Positions 54,854 through 63,330 of a DNA stretch of 64,000 nt are shown piece after piece. Source of the DNA: Vicinamibacteria bacterium (GTDB taxonomy: Bacteria > Acidobacteriota > Vicinamibacteria > Marinacidobacterales > Marinacidobacteraceae). Each line of letters opens with the position of its first letter. Position 1 is the first letter of the stretch. Both the position numbers and the translations under genes were made by a program. The notes below the pieces were generated by a model. The model was not told the origin of the DNA, ran no database searches, and was given only the letters and a program-made list of their open reading frames with translations. The stretch spans positions 916,645 through 980,644 of the forward strand of contig OZ219815.1 of assembly GCA_964291235.2 (NCBI GenBank). Direction: 5' to 3'.

Positions 54854-56218
54854 TCAGTCGCCGTAGCCGACGGTCGAACGCGCGAATTCCTTGACCTTCT
54901 CGGCCATCCGGCGCTCTTCCACGATCTTCTCCCAATCCACCGCGGGCTCTTTCACCTCGGCGGTGGGCGGAAGAATGTACTTCGGCATGTTGTACTCGTC
55001 CTTGAACATCTGCGTCCGGACGTGCCCGGTGGCGAACTCGGCGTTCTCTCCCGACATGAGGTAGGTCAGCGTCGGAACGACGTCCCGCCGCTGCACCCGC
55101 TCGGTGACGGTATGGCCCTTCTTGAAGTCGGGCCCGAGCGCCATGAACCACACGTAGTGGGCGTAGTAGTTGCCCGGGCTGTGGCCAAGCTGTCCGTAGA
55201 TGTTCACTTCGTCGTCCCGGCCGCACTCGGGGCGGATCACCAGCGCGGTGGTGTCCCGGAGGTACGCGTCGGCCTGGATCTGGCGCCACAGGTTGCCGAT
55301 CAGCTCATCGGTAGTCTTGATGTGCTTGATGTACTCCCAGTAGTCCGTGTTGTAGTCCCAGAATCCGAAGTCGGCGTGCGCGTCGTCGAGAGCGAGGATT
55401 TGCGCGGTGATGGACTTCGGCTTGAACTCCTTGAGGATCTGGGGCACCAGGGTCAGCACCTGGGCGTCCCCGTAAGGGATTTCCCGGTTGATGACCGGCT
55501 CCCGGGTGGAAGGCGGAACGTAGGACTTCGAAGCCAGGGTGCCGTCGATGAAGTCCTCGACCTGCTTCCGCTCCTTCGCGGTGTGCCCGAGCCCCTTTTC
55601 GACGTTCAGATCCACGATCTGAGCGCCGGTGAGCTTCTGCTCCGGATAGAAGATCCGGTTCATGGTGAGGCTCGTGGACCCGTGCTTTACGCCGTACTCG
55701 GGATGCTGGCTGAAGTGCTTCACGTCCCAGGTCCAGGCCCGGTAGTAGGAAGCACTCTGCAGGGTCCAGAAATCGGTCGCCGTCCCGCCGGCCTTCTTCC
55801 GGATGTACTCGGCCCAGGTGGGGTAGCGGGGCCGCTGTGCGGGAGCATCCACGCCGCTGAGCACCTCGGAGTACATGTAGCCGTGGAGGTTCGCGGTCTC
55901 GCCGTAGTCCTCGGTGAAGACCGTGCCCTCGGCAGCCATCTTCGTCTGGAACGGCGAGTGCTCCGGGTTGTCGATGACGTCGATCTTCCGGGCGCCGTTT
56001 CCGAGGATGACGGTCACCAGGTGCTTCGTCTTGAAGCCCGGGTTCTCCGGAAGGACCATGCCGCCCTGCGGAATCCCGGCGCCCGCTTCGAAGATGGGGC
56101 TGCCGGCGGCGTTCCGGCCACTCAGCACCGCACCGGCGCTGGCAGCCGCGCCCAGTTTGAAGAAGTCGCGACGGTCAATCGTCTTGGCGGTCGCTTTGGC
56201 GGTCTTCTCGGCGGTCAT
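54854..56218 (-). CDS. Tat-exported protein, distant DUF1501 / alkaline-phosphatase-superfamily-like (tentative)
   Basis: TIDRRDFFKLGAAASAGAVLSG Tat signal. LDDAHADFGFWD and RPECGRDDEVNIYGQLGHSPG loosely resemble the metal-site motifs of DUF1501 proteins. Lys/Tyr/Phe-rich composition and lower G+C than the neighbours. Confidence 0.55.
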   Translation of the reverse strand: MTAEKTAKATAKTIDRRDFFKLGAAASAGAVLSGRNAAGSPIFEAGAGIPQGGMVLPENPGFKTKHLVTVILGNGARKIDVIDNPEHSPFQTKMAAEGTVFTEDYGETANLHGYMYSEVLSGVDAPAQRPRYPTWAEYIRKKAGGTATDFWTLQSASYYRAWTWDVKHFSQHPEYGVKHGSTSLTMNRIFYPEQKLTGAQIVDLNVEKGLGHTAKERKQVEDFIDGTLASKSYVPPSTREPVINREIPYGDAQVLTLVPQILKEFKPKSITAQILALDDAHADFGFWDYNTDYWEYIKHIKTTDELIGNLWRQIQADAYLRDTTALVIRPECGRDDEVNIYGQLGHSPGNYYAHYVWFMALGPDFKKGHTVTERVQRRDVVPTLTYLMSGENAEFATGHVRTQMFKDEYNMPKYILPPTAEVKEPAVDWEKIVEERRMAEKVKEFARSTVGYGD

Positions 56219-57690
56219 CGGGGACCCTCCTTGCCGCTTTCGTCGGCGGCTTCGGTGTCTTCATTGTAGAAGTTGACCGTGATTCCGTCTATTTCGGAAT
56301 CCCGATCTTCGTAGTAGAGCTTGAAGTTGCGGGCCTCGTCGGAGATGCCGAGCCGCACGAGTTCCCAATCCCCCCACTCCATCGTGTCGGTGACGGTGAA
56401 CGAGCCGGTCCAGATGTGCGGCTCGGGGAGCTTCGAGGGACGGTTGAGCGCCACGAAACCGCCGGTCTCGGGGGTCATGCTCTTGAGCTTGACCTTGAGC
56501 GCGTCGGCGCCATTCGGCGAACGGACATATCCCTCGATGCCGTGCACGCCCGAGAGGTTGTCTTCGGCCAGCACGGTGAGGCCCACCTGCTCGCCCAGCT
56601 TGGCCTCGGTCTTGGTGAACTGCACCGCCAGGATCTCTGCCGGCACCTGGTCGATCATCTCCGTTTCCTGCTCCACGTGCACCGTGGCGGCTTCCATCAG
56701 CGGCTCGGTCCGGTTGAAGTAGTACCGGATGTTGGTGGCGTGGTCCTTGAGCGTGACGCGCATGAGCTGCCACTCGCCGCCCTCGTACCACTGCGGGATC
56801 TGGAGTGCGCCCTTGAAGAGGCCCGGCTGGGCTCCCACCATCACCATCGTCGAGCGGATCTGGTGGTATCCGCTCGGGGAAACCCACACGGTCTCCGCTT
56901 CGGTGGGGCCGGAAACGTCGTCTTCGGCGAGCACGCTGTACTTGATCAGGCCATCGCCGGCCCGCACCCGCTCGGTTTCCACGGTGACCGACTTCAGGGT
57001 GGGCGCGGTGATATCCACCTGGTCGCTCTTGCTGACATCGAAGCCGACCGGCTGTCCGTCCTCTTCCTGCATGGCCTTGTGGAAGTCGGCCCAGTAGGCC
57101 TTCCGGTCGCCCACCTTGTCGGCGATGATCGTCGTGCCGACGACATAGCGGCCGGGCGCCGCAAAGCGGGAGAGCTTGCCGCGGCCGAGGAAGAGCGTTT
57201 CGTCACTCTCGTGGGGCTGGAAGTTGATGTACATGGTGGCCGCGCGGCCGAGCTCGCGGTTGTAGAACAGCGAGACGAACGACTGCGCCGCGTTGTAGGG
57301 CGAGACGACCCGCGCGATGGCGCGCACCTCGTCTCCAGGCGCCACTTCCTTGCTGAGCACCCGCATCTCGGTGAGGATCGGAGGAAGCTGGTTCCCGGAG
57401 AGGTCCACTTCCTTCAACTGCTGATCGCGGCGCCGGTACTGGTACTGCTCGGGAACCCGCAGCTCGGGCGCAAGACCCCAGCCGCCGTCGTCGTGCCCGC
57501 TCGAACTTATCACTCCGAACTCGTTCAGCACGTCGTGGGGCTCGAGGAGCGGATGGGTCTCGCCTTCCGGTGGCTTGGGCTCTTCTTGCTTGTCCTGCGC
57601 CATGGCGAAGCCGCCGAGGAACAGGAGCGCGACGGCTGCGGCCAGGAGTCCGACCGCCAAGCGTTTGGGTGTCGTGGAATGACTGAGCAT
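56215..57690 (-). CDS. Secreted protein with internally repeated beta-sandwich-like modules, unknown function
   Basis: The start is set at MLSHSTTPKRLAVGLLAAAVALLFLGGFAMAQ (Sec signal, ATG at 57690 with GGAG upstream). Recurring module: SVTVETERVRAGDGLIKYSVLAEDDVSG / AVQFTKTEAKLGEQVGLTVLAEDNLSG. The stop overlaps the next start (ATGA). The upstream part of track ORF 56215..58233 is Arg-rich read-through. Confidence 0.6.
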   Translation of the reverse strand: MLSHSTTPKRLAVGLLAAAVALLFLGGFAMAQDKQEEPKPPEGETHPLLEPHDVLNEFGVISSSGHDDGGWGLAPELRVPEQYQYRRRDQQLKEVDLSGNQLPPILTEMRVLSKEVAPGDEVRAIARVVSPYNAAQSFVSLFYNRELGRAATMYINFQPHESDETLFLGRGKLSRFAAPGRYVVGTTIIADKVGDRKAYWADFHKAMQEEDGQPVGFDVSKSDQVDITAPTLKSVTVETERVRAGDGLIKYSVLAEDDVSGPTEAETVWVSPSGYHQIRSTMVMVGAQPGLFKGALQIPQWYEGGEWQLMRVTLKDHATNIRYYFNRTEPLMEAATVHVEQETEMIDQVPAEILAVQFTKTEAKLGEQVGLTVLAEDNLSGVHGIEGYVRSPNGADALKVKLKSMTPETGGFVALNRPSKLPEPHIWTGSFTVTDTMEWGDWELVRLGISDEARNFKLYYEDRDSEIDGITVNFYNEDTEAADESGKEGPR

Positions 57691-57756
57691 GAGGGAAGTT
57701 CTCCGTTCGCCCGGGAATAACCGCCGTGCGGGCAATGCACGGAACGGGGGTCCGCC

Positions 57757-57786
57757 CTTATACGGCGGAAAGAGGGCCGAAGTCAA
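57757..57786 (-). promoter_or_regulatory. Candidate sigma70 promoter of the exported-protein operon
   Basis: The minus strand reads TTGACT (57786..57781), an 18-nt spacer, then TATAAG (57762..57757), about 65 nt upstream of the ATG at 57690. Confidence 0.5.
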
Positions 57787-57812
57787 ATGGGACAGGGGTT
57801 TTTGGCCGCGAT

Positions 57813-58049
57813 TCAGGCCCGGACGGACCGGACGAACTCCGCAGCGCGCCGGATTCCCGGACTGACCCCGGTCCGTTCCGCGAGGCGGCGGAGATCCCAC
57901 TGCGCGACGGTCCGCATGTCGAGCCGCATCTGCCCCTCCAGCGAGTCGAACACCGCCCCGTAATCCCGGAGCGCGCCGTCCACATCTCCGGCGGCCAATC
58001 GCGCCGCGGCGAGCAGCAGCCGCTGCCGGTCCGAACCTGACGGATCCAT
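57813..58049 (-). pseudogene. Duplicated 3' fragment of the TPR gene 58146..59345 (78-codon ORF beginning at an internal Met)
   Basis: 57811..58052 is nearly identical to 58144..58385 (offset 333 bp). The predicted peptides differ at 3 of 78 residues (MDPSGSDRQRLLLAAARLAAGDVDGALRDYG...AAEFVRSVRA). Confidence 0.6.
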
Positions 58050-58145
58050 GGCCAGCGCAATTGGAACGCCGGTCTCCAGTCCGGCATCGCGCGGGAGCGC
58101 GAAACCAGCGCCGACGGTGTAACGCTGCGTGCGCAGCGTGGGGGA

Positions 58146-59345
58146 TCAGGCGCGGACGGACCGGACGAACTCCGCAGCGCGCCGGATTCCCGGACCGACC
58201 CCGGTCCGTTCCGCGAGGCGGCGGAGATCCCACTGCGCGACGGTCCGCATGTCGCGCCGCATCTGCCCCTCGAGCGAGTCGAACACCACCCCGTAGTCCC
58301 GGAGCGCGCCGTCCACATCTCCGGCGGCCAGTCGCGCCGCGGCGAGCAGCAGCCGCTGCCGGTCCGAACCTGACGGGTCCATGGCGTGCGCTGTTTCAAA
58401 CAGCTCCACCGCTTCCCGGTGGCGTCCTTGCAGGTACACGGCGTTCGCGAGGTTGTAGTGCCCGAAAATGAAGTCCGGTGCGAGTTCCAGCGCCCGGCGA
58501 AAGGCGTCCTCCGCTTCCGGCAGCCGATCCAGATCCCGGAGAGTGACCCCGAGGTTCGAGGCGAGGGAGTGACTCAGGGGATCGAGGTCCGCGGCCTTCT
58601 CGAGTTCGGTCAGCGCTTCGCCGGGGCGTTCCAGCTCCCCGAGGGCCGCCCCGGCGTTCGCCCACCCGGGGGCGAAACCGGGCAGGGTTTCGGTCGTTCG
58701 GCGAAACGACGCGAGCGCCGCCTCCAGATCGTCGAGAACGATCATGGTCTTGCCGAGTTCGAAGTGCGCGGCGGCGAGAGATTCGTCCCGCTCGATGGCC
58801 TTTCGGAAAGACTCGGCCGCTTCCGCCGGGTTCTTGTGCTCGTTCGCCGAACAGCCGGCCAGCAGATGGCCCATCGGGTGGTCGCCGTTCTCAGCCGTTG
58901 CCGCCACGGCTGCCCGGGCGCGCACGCTTGCCGCCGGCGCGTGAAGGGCAATGCGGCGCAGCTCGGCGGCGCTGCCGGCGCGATCCATATCGGTGGCGTC
59001 CGGACCGGAAACCGCGGCGGGGGGGGCGGGAGGGACCGGTTCCCGCGCCACCTCGAATTGGCAGGCGGCGCCCTTGCCGGCAAGCAGGTCCGCGGCCCGC
59101 CGGACCACTTCATCCTCCCGGGCGGAGGCCACCAGCGAGCGGCTTCCGGCTCCGAGGTGGGAAAGGCGGGCCAGCACGTAGGCTGGCGTGGCGATCGCGG
59201 GGAGGGGAGGCGTTTCGTCGAGCCTGCCGCGCCGGCGAATCGCGGAGCGGCAGGGGAACGCCCGGTGGAAATCGGGAAGCAGCACGGCGCCGGCCTCTTC
59301 GGGGAACGGGCCGGTCTCGTGCAGCCGCAGCGGCAACTCCTCCAT
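58146..59345 (-). CDS. Tetratricopeptide-repeat protein
   Basis: 399 aa. The C-terminal two thirds consist of consecutive TPR-like units (AAESFRKAIERDESLAAAHFELGKT...AFRRALELAPDFIFGHYNLANAVYLQGRHREAVELFETA). Confidence 0.8.
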   Translation of the reverse strand: MEELPLRLHETGPFPEEAGAVLLPDFHRAFPCRSAIRRRGRLDETPPLPAIATPAYVLARLSHLGAGSRSLVASAREDEVVRRAADLLAGKGAACQFEVAREPVPPAPPAAVSGPDATDMDRAGSAAELRRIALHAPAASVRARAAVAATAENGDHPMGHLLAGCSANEHKNPAEAAESFRKAIERDESLAAAHFELGKTMIVLDDLEAALASFRRTTETLPGFAPGWANAGAALGELERPGEALTELEKAADLDPLSHSLASNLGVTLRDLDRLPEAEDAFRRALELAPDFIFGHYNLANAVYLQGRHREAVELFETAHAMDPSGSDRQRLLLAAARLAAGDVDGALRDYGVVFDSLEGQMRRDMRTVAQWDLRRLAERTGVGPGIRRAAEFVRSVRA

Positions 59346-59557
59346 GGCTAGCGCCGGGATGACCGGCGCGTCCGCGGCGGCTGGAACCCGGGACGCGGCG
59401 GTGCGCGCGGTCTCTCCATCGCGGCTCAGGAGGAGCCTCCACCTCCCTCCCTCCGGCGGGGGGCCGATAGGCAGGCCAACCGTTTTCGACCGAAAGCGCG
59501 GCAGCTCCGGCGAGCCGCGCCGCCGGTGCGGGAGGTGCGGGACACGACACCCACACG

Positions 59558-60322
59558 GTGTTCTTGAGGCGCGACGCTCCCATGGCCCACGATTCTAAGG
59601 ACCGGGGCCGGCGTCTCCCGAATTCGTGCATCGCGGGATCAATATGCTTTCCGGGTTCCGTGACGAACACGCTCCACCGCTACGGCGCTCCCCAGACGCT
59701 GAAGGACGATTACATCGTCTTCGCGATGGCGGCGCGGGGAATCAACGACGAGGGGTCTCCCGAAAAGCTCCAGCGGTTCACCGAAATCGCGCTTCGGCAC
59801 GGTCCCATCAACCTCGGCGACGCAACCAAGGGCGGAATCTTCCGATCCTCCCGGCTGAATCCCCTGGCCCATTGGCGCCGGCGAAAGCGTCTGGCGGCCG
59901 ATTCGATCCGGAAGGGGGTGGACGCCCCCACGGTGGTCTCGGCGGTTTTTGACACCGAGGAGGCGCTGGTCGGTTTCCTCGTGGACCTGAAGGAAGCCGA
60001 TCTGGGCATCAGCATCAACATCAGCGGTTTGACCGAGCGCGCTGCCGAATTGGCCCGCGACGCAGGAATCGTGCGGCACAGCGTCGAGTACAGCCTGGGT
60101 TTCTTCGGGAACCTGGATCGGCTGCCCGACCGCGCCACCCTCCAGCTTTCCACGATGTGCGGGCACGGCATGCTCTCGTTCGGGTTCGCCCGCAAGATGC
60201 TGGACTGGGTGCGGACCGGCCGTCGCTCTCCCGAGGAGTGCGCGGAGGCGATGGCGCGTTTCTGCTCCTGCGGCATCTTCAACACCACCCGCGCCTGCCG
60301 CATTCTGCGGGACCGCACCTGA
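59558..60322 (+). CDS. Hypothetical protein upstream of lysW (start uncertain)
   Basis: 254-aa ORF. The C-terminal two thirds look protein-like (DYIVFAMAARGINDEGSPEKLQRFTEIALRHGPINLG...STMCGHGMLSFGFARKMLDWV...FCSCGIFNTTRAC). The N-terminal 30-40 residues may be non-coding. No family recognised. Confidence 0.45.
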   Translation: MFLRRDAPMAHDSKDRGRRLPNSCIAGSICFPGSVTNTLHRYGAPQTLKDDYIVFAMAARGINDEGSPEKLQRFTEIALRHGPINLGDATKGGIFRSSRLNPLAHWRRRKRLAADSIRKGVDAPTVVSAVFDTEEALVGFLVDLKEADLGISINISGLTERAAELARDAGIVRHSVEYSLGFFGNLDRLPDRATLQLSTMCGHGMLSFGFARKMLDWVRTGRRSPEECAEAMARFCSCGIFNTTRACRILRDRT

Positions 60323-60388
60323 TCGCTACCAAGGAAACCGCGGCGTCGGGTCCGGTGACGGAAACCGCTAAGAACAGGGGGAAAAACG

Positions 60389-60553
60389 ATGGCTGACTGC
60401 CCGGTGTGCGCCGCCGCCGTGGAGATATCCGAGGATCCGCTCGAAGGAGAGGTCCTCGAGTGTCCGGAATGCGGCAGCGAACTTGAGATTCTGGCCCTCG
60501 ACCCCATCGTCCTGGGCGAGGCTCCGGAGACGGAAGAGGATTGGGGTGAATGA
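60389..60553 (+). CDS. lysW: Amino-group carrier protein LysW
   Basis: Below the ORF-track cut-off. Translation: [54 protein letters not shown]. It has a zinc ribbon plus the diagnostic C-terminal EDWGE tail. The stop overlaps the lysX ATG. Confidence 0.9.
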   Translation: MADCPVCAAAVEISEDPLEGEVLECPECGSELEILALDPIVLGEAPETEEDWGE

Positions 60554-61386
60554 GGATCGGGTTCCTTCATTCGCTGATTCGTCCGGAAGAGAAGCTCCTC
60601 ATCCGGGAGTTGCGAGGACGTCCCGGCGTCGAGTTGGTACTCCTTGATGACCGTCGGCTGGTGTTCGATCTGCGAACGCCGCCCGCGGTTGATGTCGTCC
60701 TGGAGCGCTCCATAAACCACTCCCGGGCGATGCACGCCCTGCGGCTCCTCGAGAGCATGGGTGTCCCCTGCGTCAACCGCTACGAAGTCTCGCGAAAGTG
60801 CGGCGACAAGATCCTGACGGCCGTCGCGCTCCAGGAGTTCGGAGTGCCACAGCCGGAAACGCGGGTCGCGTTCACCGAAGACTCCACCCTGGACGCCATC
60901 GAACAGCTCGGTTATCCGGTGGTGTTGAAGCCGGCGGTCGGATCCTGGGGACGGCTGCTATCCCGGATCAACGATCGGGAGGCGGCGGAGACCGTGATTG
61001 AGCACAAGGCGATCCTCGGCAGCTACCACCATTCCATCTTCTTCGCCCAGAAGTACATAGAGAAAGGAGGCCGGGACATTCGCAGCTTCGTGGTCGGGGA
61101 TGACTGCATCGCCGCCGTCTATCGGACTTCGGATCACTGGATCACCAACACTGCCCGGGGGGCGCGGACCTCCAACTGCCCGGTCACCGCCGATCTCGCC
61201 GAGATCTCGCTGCGGGCGGCGGCCGCGGTTGGAGGCGGCGTCCTGGCGGTGGACCTGTTCGAGACCGGTGACGGCCTGCTGGTCAACGAGGTCAACTACA
61301 CGATGGAGTTCCGGAACTCCATTGACGTTACCGGGGTCAACATCCCGGAGAGGATCGTGTCCTACCTCCTCTCTTCCGACCGATGA
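60550..61386 (+). CDS. lysX: RimK-type ATP-grasp ligase LysX (LysW-glutamate/aminoadipate ligase)
   Basis: 278-aa ATP-grasp protein ([17 protein letters not shown]...[22 protein letters not shown]), coupled to lysW. Confidence 0.85.
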   Translation: MRIGFLHSLIRPEEKLLIRELRGRPGVELVLLDDRRLVFDLRTPPAVDVVLERSINHSRAMHALRLLESMGVPCVNRYEVSRKCGDKILTAVALQEFGVPQPETRVAFTEDSTLDAIEQLGYPVVLKPAVGSWGRLLSRINDREAAETVIEHKAILGSYHHSIFFAQKYIEKGGRDIRSFVVGDDCIAAVYRTSDHWITNTARGARTSNCPVTADLAEISLRAAAAVGGGVLAVDLFETGDGLLVNEVNYTMEFRNSIDVTGVNIPERIVSYLLSSDR

Positions 61387-62408
61387 TCCGCGTCTCCATT
61401 GCCGGCGGCTCCGGGTACGCCGGCGGCGAACTGCTACGCCTGATGCTGGGTCACCCCGAGGTCGAGGTGGGGGAGATCACCTCCGAGCGTCTCGCCGGGA
61501 AGTACGCCCACGGCGCCCATCCCAACCTGCGCGGCGCCACCCGGCTCCGGTTCTGCAGGTTGGAAGAGCTTTCGAAGTGCGACGTGCTCTTCGTGTGCCT
61601 GCCCCACGGTGAGTCGGCACGTCGGATCGACGACTTCCGCAGCATTGCCGGCCGGATTATTGACCTGGGCGCCGATTTCCGGCTGCGCGACAGTGCTGCC
61701 TACGAGCGCTGGTACGGCCGGCCGCATCCCCGCCCGGACCTGCTGGGCCGCTTCGTTTACGGAATCCCGGAACTGAGCCGGCAGGAACTCCCTGACGCGG
61801 ACCTGGTCGCCTGCGCCGGGTGTAACGCGACCGCCGCCATCCTCGCGCTGAAACCGCTGTACGCGGCGGGAGTCGTCGGATCCGCCGTCGTGGAGGTCCT
61901 TGTCGGATCGAGTGAAGCCGGCAACACGGCGACCGCCACCAGTCACCATCCGGAGCGCAGCGGCGCGGCCCGGGCCTTCCGGCCCACCGGGCACCGCCAT
62001 CAGGGGGAGATCACGGCAGTGCTCGGCGCCGACCGGCTCCATTTCTCCGCCACCTCGATCGAAATGGTGCGCGGAGTCCTGGCGACCTGCCACGCCTTCA
62101 CGGACCGCGCGCTCGACGATCGGGAGCTGTGGCAGATCTACCGCACCGCCTACGCGAAGGAGCCCTTCGTGCGCATCGTCAAGGGCCAGAGCGGAATCCA
62201 TCGCTACCCCGACCCCAAGATCCTCGCCGGAACCAACTTCTGCGACGTGGGGTTCGAGCGCGATCCCGACACCAACCGGGTGGTGGTGCTCAGCGCGCTC
62301 GACAACCTGATGAAGGGAGCGGCGGGGCAGGCGGCGCACGCGTTCAACGTGATGCAGGGGCTTCCCGAGACTGTCGGCCTGGAATTCACCGGCCTGCACC
62401 CGATCTAG
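61383..62408 (+). CDS. argC: N-acetyl-gamma-glutamyl-phosphate reductase-type enzyme (ArgC/LysY)
   Basis: [18 protein letters not shown]-terminus, an active-site Cys context ([11 protein letters not shown]), and [12 protein letters not shown]. Confidence 0.9.
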   Translation: MIRVSIAGGSGYAGGELLRLMLGHPEVEVGEITSERLAGKYAHGAHPNLRGATRLRFCRLEELSKCDVLFVCLPHGESARRIDDFRSIAGRIIDLGADFRLRDSAAYERWYGRPHPRPDLLGRFVYGIPELSRQELPDADLVACAGCNATAAILALKPLYAAGVVGSAVVEVLVGSSEAGNTATATSHHPERSGAARAFRPTGHRHQGEITAVLGADRLHFSATSIEMVRGVLATCHAFTDRALDDRELWQIYRTAYAKEPFVRIVKGQSGIHRYPDPKILAGTNFCDVGFERDPDTNRVVVLSALDNLMKGAAGQAAHAFNVMQGLPETVGLEFTGLHPI

Positions 62409-62411
62409 CAA

Positions 62412-62665
62412 CCGTGGAAGAAGCACCCCGCGCGGAAGGCAGGGCGGGACAGGCGCCGAACCCGCGGATGCCGCGGCGCGCGGGGCACTTCTTCCACGGG
62501 CTGATGACGCGTATCGCTCCGCGATCCGCGCCATCCTCTTTCGCGGGGAAGGGGAAACCCCCTCCCCGCACCCCTCCCCCCGCGGCACTCCCCGACCGGG
62601 CGAACTGGCGCGCCGCCAAAGGCCGGGCAAGCGATCTCGGCGCCGACCGCTAGAGGATTCCACCC
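62412..62665. repeat. Composite structured intergenic repeat, copy C2 (long hairpin, GATGACGC block, G/C-tract hairpin)
   Basis: CCGTGGAAGAAGCACCCCGCGCG (62412..62434) pairs with CGCGCGGGGCACTTCTTCCACGG (62477..62499). This is followed by GCTGATGACGCG, GCGCCATC, the hairpin GGGGAAGGGG-AAA-CCCCCTCCCC (62545..62567), and then CCCCTCCCCCCGCGGC. The module order is the same as at 37834..38010. Confidence 0.6.
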
Positions 62666-63313
62666 ATGTGCCGTCTGCTCTGCGTCCGTGGCGAATCGGC
62701 GTTCGAGATGGAAGAGCACCTGACGGCGTTCAGCGAGGTGGCGAGGAACAGCCGCGAGTTTCAGGGCCACGGCTGGGGCTGCGCCTGGCTGGAAGGAGGC
62801 CGCTGGCGGATCTATCGCAACATCACGCCCGTCTGGGAAGACTCCGGCCGGCCGCGGGGACGTACGGCGCTCCTGCTCGCGCACGCCCGCAGCGCATTTC
62901 GGGACGAAGGGATTCGAGTCGAGAACAACATGCCCTTCTTCGACGGCGCCCGGGCCTTCATCTTCAACGGAGAACTGCGCGGAGTCCGGATCCGCGAGCG
63001 GGGAAGGATCGGCGCCGAGAAAGTCTTCAATTTCGTCAAGCGGTTTGACCGTGGCGACTTGCGTCTGGCGCTCGAGCGGGGACTCGTTCGAATCGAGCAG
63101 CGGGCCCGCTACGTGCGTGCGATGAACATCATCGTCGCCGACACCACCGGCGCCGTCTCGGTCGCCAGCCGCTTCAACGAGGATCCCGACTACTTTCAGA
63201 TGCGGCGGGCTACCGTGGGCACCGCCCGGGTGATCTGCTCCGAGCCCTACCGGGGCTCCGTGCCGGAGCCGGCGTGGACGCCCATTGCCAACGGTACCGT
63301 CACCGGGTTCTGA
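62666..63313 (+). CDS. Class II (Ntn) glutamine amidotransferase domain protein (YafJ-like)
   Basis: N-terminal nucleophile MCRLLCVRG, then GHGWGCAW...LLAHARSAF...NMPFFDGARAFIFNGEL. Confidence 0.75.
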   Translation: MCRLLCVRGESAFEMEEHLTAFSEVARNSREFQGHGWGCAWLEGGRWRIYRNITPVWEDSGRPRGRTALLLAHARSAFRDEGIRVENNMPFFDGARAFIFNGELRGVRIRERGRIGAEKVFNFVKRFDRGDLRLALERGLVRIEQRARYVRAMNIIVADTTGAVSVASRFNEDPDYFQMRRATVGTARVICSEPYRGSVPEPAWTPIANGTVTGF

Positions 63314-63330
63314 CCACGGGGCCCCGCGAC

